A DNA stretch of 44,602 nt from an uncultured Spirochaetaceae bacterium (GTDB lineage: Bacteria; Spirochaetota; Spirochaetia; SZUA-6; DRHE01), in the NCBI GenBank assembly GCA_964389305.1, contig CAYMEK010000018.1, forward strand, positions 22,203-66,804, written 5' to 3'. This document shows positions 42,976-44,602 of the stretch, in pieces. How positions within the stretch are numbered: the stretch's first letter is position 1; every line of letters starts with the position of its first letter. Both the position numbers and the translations under genes were made by a program. Under the pieces are notes generated by a model that ran no database searches, had not been told where the DNA came from, and saw only the letters and a program-made list of their open reading frames with translations.

Positions 42976-44147
42976 GACCCCGGGGCCGCGCGCAAGGCGA
43001 GCGCGGGGTTGGGCCGGCGGCGGCCGCCCCGGCGCTGGCGCTTTTCCTGCTGGCGGCGGCCGGGCTGTCCGCAGAGGTCTCCTCCTCGGTGAGCATCACC
43101 GGCTACGGCTCGGTGCTGCGCGCCGGGGATCGGGCGGTCCTCGCCGGCACCCTGGAGAGCAGCCTGGAGCTGCAATCCCGAGGCAATCCGAACGTCAAGG
43201 GCTACTTCCAGCTCGAAACCCTGCTGGCCGGCGGATTTCTGGTCCTGGATGTGCCCCGGGCCTATGTCAAGGTACGCTTTCCCTGGTTCCGGACAATGCT
43301 GGGCAAGAATCGGGTATCCTGGGGGGAAGGCTTCGTGTTCAACGCCGGGGACGTGGTGTTCGGGGCCACGGAGGCGATCGCCGGAGATCTTACGGCCGAG
43401 ACCCTGCGGGACGAGACGGCCTGGCTGGCGGAGGTATACCTGCCCCTGGGGCCTTTTTCCTTTCTCGAAGGGGTGATTTTCCCCTACGATCTCCAGGCCG
43501 GCGCCCTGGTGACCGGCTTCGGCGGCGCCGGGAGCGAGGAGTTCGGCGAATCCGCCGCCCTCCTGAGCCCGGTGCGCTTCCAGGAGCTGGCCGGAGGCAT
43601 CCGGGGCGCCTTCAAGCCGGGAGCCACCACCGTGGAGGCGGGCTTCTTTTCCTCCGGGAGGGAGGGGGAGCATCGCCCGTACCTCAGCCTGCACGGGCAC
43701 CTGCTCGTCGACTGGAACCTTTCCGCCTCGCTGGCCATTCCCATCGTGGAGCCCGAGTGGCGGGAGTGGGATGACTGGCTGGCCCTCTCGGCCGGGCTGT
43801 TTCGCCTGATCGGCCTGCCTCTGGATCGCAGCCTTTCGGTTCGCCTGGAGGCGGGGATTCGGCCCGGCCTGAGCTGGCGGGAATCCCCGGGCGGTTCGGC
43901 CTACGGCATCTACCTCTTTCCCGAGCTGGTCTTCACCCCTTCGAATACCCTCTCCCTGCAGCTCCGCTGCCTCTTCTCCCCGGTGGACCTGTCGGCCCTC
44001 ACCGCGGCCAGTGTGAGCTGGAACGTCTACCAGGGGCTCACCGTGCTCGGCCACTTGTCCTTCATGGCCGGGGATAAGGACGACCTGTACGCCTGGAACC
44101 GGGACTTCGCGGTAGCCTGTTCGCTGGGTCTGGAGTTCATCTACTAG
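42969..44147 (+). CDS. Predicted outer-membrane beta-barrel protein (hypothetical)
   Basis: I chose the start at ATG 42969, which overlaps the upstream stop, rather than the longer 42735 ORF. It has a signal peptide with AAAAPALALFLLAAAG. Amphipathic beta-strands alternate throughout, and the C-terminus ...SLGLEFIY ends in an aromatic residue (the OMP C-terminal signature). Confidence 0.55.
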   Translation: MVRPRGRAQGERGVGPAAAAPALALFLLAAAGLSAEVSSSVSITGYGSVLRAGDRAVLAGTLESSLELQSRGNPNVKGYFQLETLLAGGFLVLDVPRAYVKVRFPWFRTMLGKNRVSWGEGFVFNAGDVVFGATEAIAGDLTAETLRDETAWLAEVYLPLGPFSFLEGVIFPYDLQAGALVTGFGGAGSEEFGESAALLSPVRFQELAGGIRGAFKPGATTVEAGFFSSGREGEHRPYLSLHGHLLVDWNLSASLAIPIVEPEWREWDDWLALSAGLFRLIGLPLDRSLSVRLEAGIRPGLSWRESPGGSAYGIYLFPELVFTPSNTLSLQLRCLFSPVDLSALTAASVSWNVYQGLTVLGHLSFMAGDKDDLYAWNRDFAVACSLGLEFIY

Positions 44148-44362
44148 GCGCCGGATATCCAGGCATCGCAGAGTTCGAGCATACTCTGCCTCTCTTCCGC
44201 CTGGAGCTTGTCCAGATGGAAGTAGCTGATGGGGCTTTTCCCCCACTTTTTCCTCAGGCTGTAACGTCTCCTATAAGAAAAAAAGCCCAGAACTTTTGTT
44301 GTTCTGGGCAGTAATTTCACCTAGGAATACGGTGTCTGACGATCTCCGATTCCGACTGAACG

Positions 44363-44602
44363 TTAAAAACGGTAGCCTATATAGGCGTAAATACTGGCCG
44401 GCATCCAGCCGCTGGAGGTGACATCCTTCATTTTATCGGAGGCCGTCCCCGGTGGCTGGGCACTCATATCGACAGTTACCTCGTCTTTTACGATAGTTAA
44501 AAAGTAATCCATACGTACGACGCCGCCCACGTAAAGCTTCGGTTGGATAAAGTAGAGCACGCCTCCGAAGGCTCCGATGTCCAGGTACCCCTGATTGAAC
44601 TG
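44363..44602 (-). CDS. Partial CDS (3' end only; the gene starts beyond the window): probable outer-membrane beta-barrel protein
   Basis: The open frame continues to the window edge. The C-terminus ...ASIYAYIGYRF has the terminal Phe and alternating aromatics of the OMP signature. Confidence 0.35.
   Translation of the reverse strand, partial: QFNQGYLDIGAFGGVLYFIQPKLYVGGVVRMDYFLTIVKDEVTVDMSAQPPGTASDKMKDVTSSGWMPASIYAYIGYRF

Noticed and set aside
42777-44246. 489-aa minus-strand ORF antisense to the outer-membrane protein gene
   Set aside because: The plus-strand ORF has a signal peptide and an OMP C-terminal signature. The antisense product is Gly/Arg/Pro-rich.
1-44602. CRISPR arrays, rRNA/tRNA genes, IS elements, integrases
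   Set aside because: I found no spacer-repeat periodicity and no tRNA-like cloverleaf segments. No ORF has transposase or integrase motifs (DDE, tyrosine-recombinase R..H..R..Y). The only repeats present are the short ones listed in the findings.

Overview
This is a high-GC (~65%) bacterial chromosomal window that is densely coded on both strands, in this order.

- **Hydrogenase operon:** an NAD(P)-linked bidirectional [NiFe]-hydrogenase, hoxF-hoxU-hoxY-hoxH. It is followed by a HoxW/HycI-type maturation endopeptidase that has no canonical start codon and no stop codon, so it reads through in frame into a CheY-like receiver domain.
- **Housekeeping block 1:** a small coiled-coil membrane protein (minus strand), a large secreted M16 (HXXEH) zinc peptidase, RlmI, an Hsp20 gene (minus strand) with a sigma-54-like promoter and a clean intrinsic terminator, a TIGR00725/LOG-like protein, and a tartrate/isopropylmalate dehydrogenase-family enzyme.
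- **Apparent accessory segment, 13.0-19.1 kb:**
  - a truncated remnant of a DUF4143 AAA+ ATPase;
  - a 967-aa membrane protein that fuses a YidC/Oxa1 insertase domain to a polytopic region and an LtaS/EptA-like sulfatase-family ectodomain;
  - a 665-aa fusion of two complete DNA N6/N4 methyltransferase domains with no nuclease partner.
- **Housekeeping block 2:** phosphomannomutase, a PAS hybrid histidine kinase with a degenerate receiver, a rhomboid protease, prfA-prmC, and a bifunctional Rel.
- **Last 17 kb, the most unusual part:**
  - two tandem giant acidic secreted proteins (1778 and 1587 aa) built from Big_7-like Ig repeats; the first ends in a beta-propeller-like repeat region and the second in a beta-rich possible membrane anchor;
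  - immediately after them, a YtrA-type GntR regulator with a perfect palindromic operator overlapping its promoter;
  - then an SPFH/band-7 protein, a LolD/MacB-like ABC ATPase, two FtsX-type permeases, a LolA-like periplasmic protein and a beta-barrel outer-membrane protein;
  - a second partial outer-membrane protein gene runs off the window end.

I found no CRISPR array, rRNA, tRNA, transposase or integrase by eye. All family assignments come from motifs I read directly in the translations; nothing was searched against a database.
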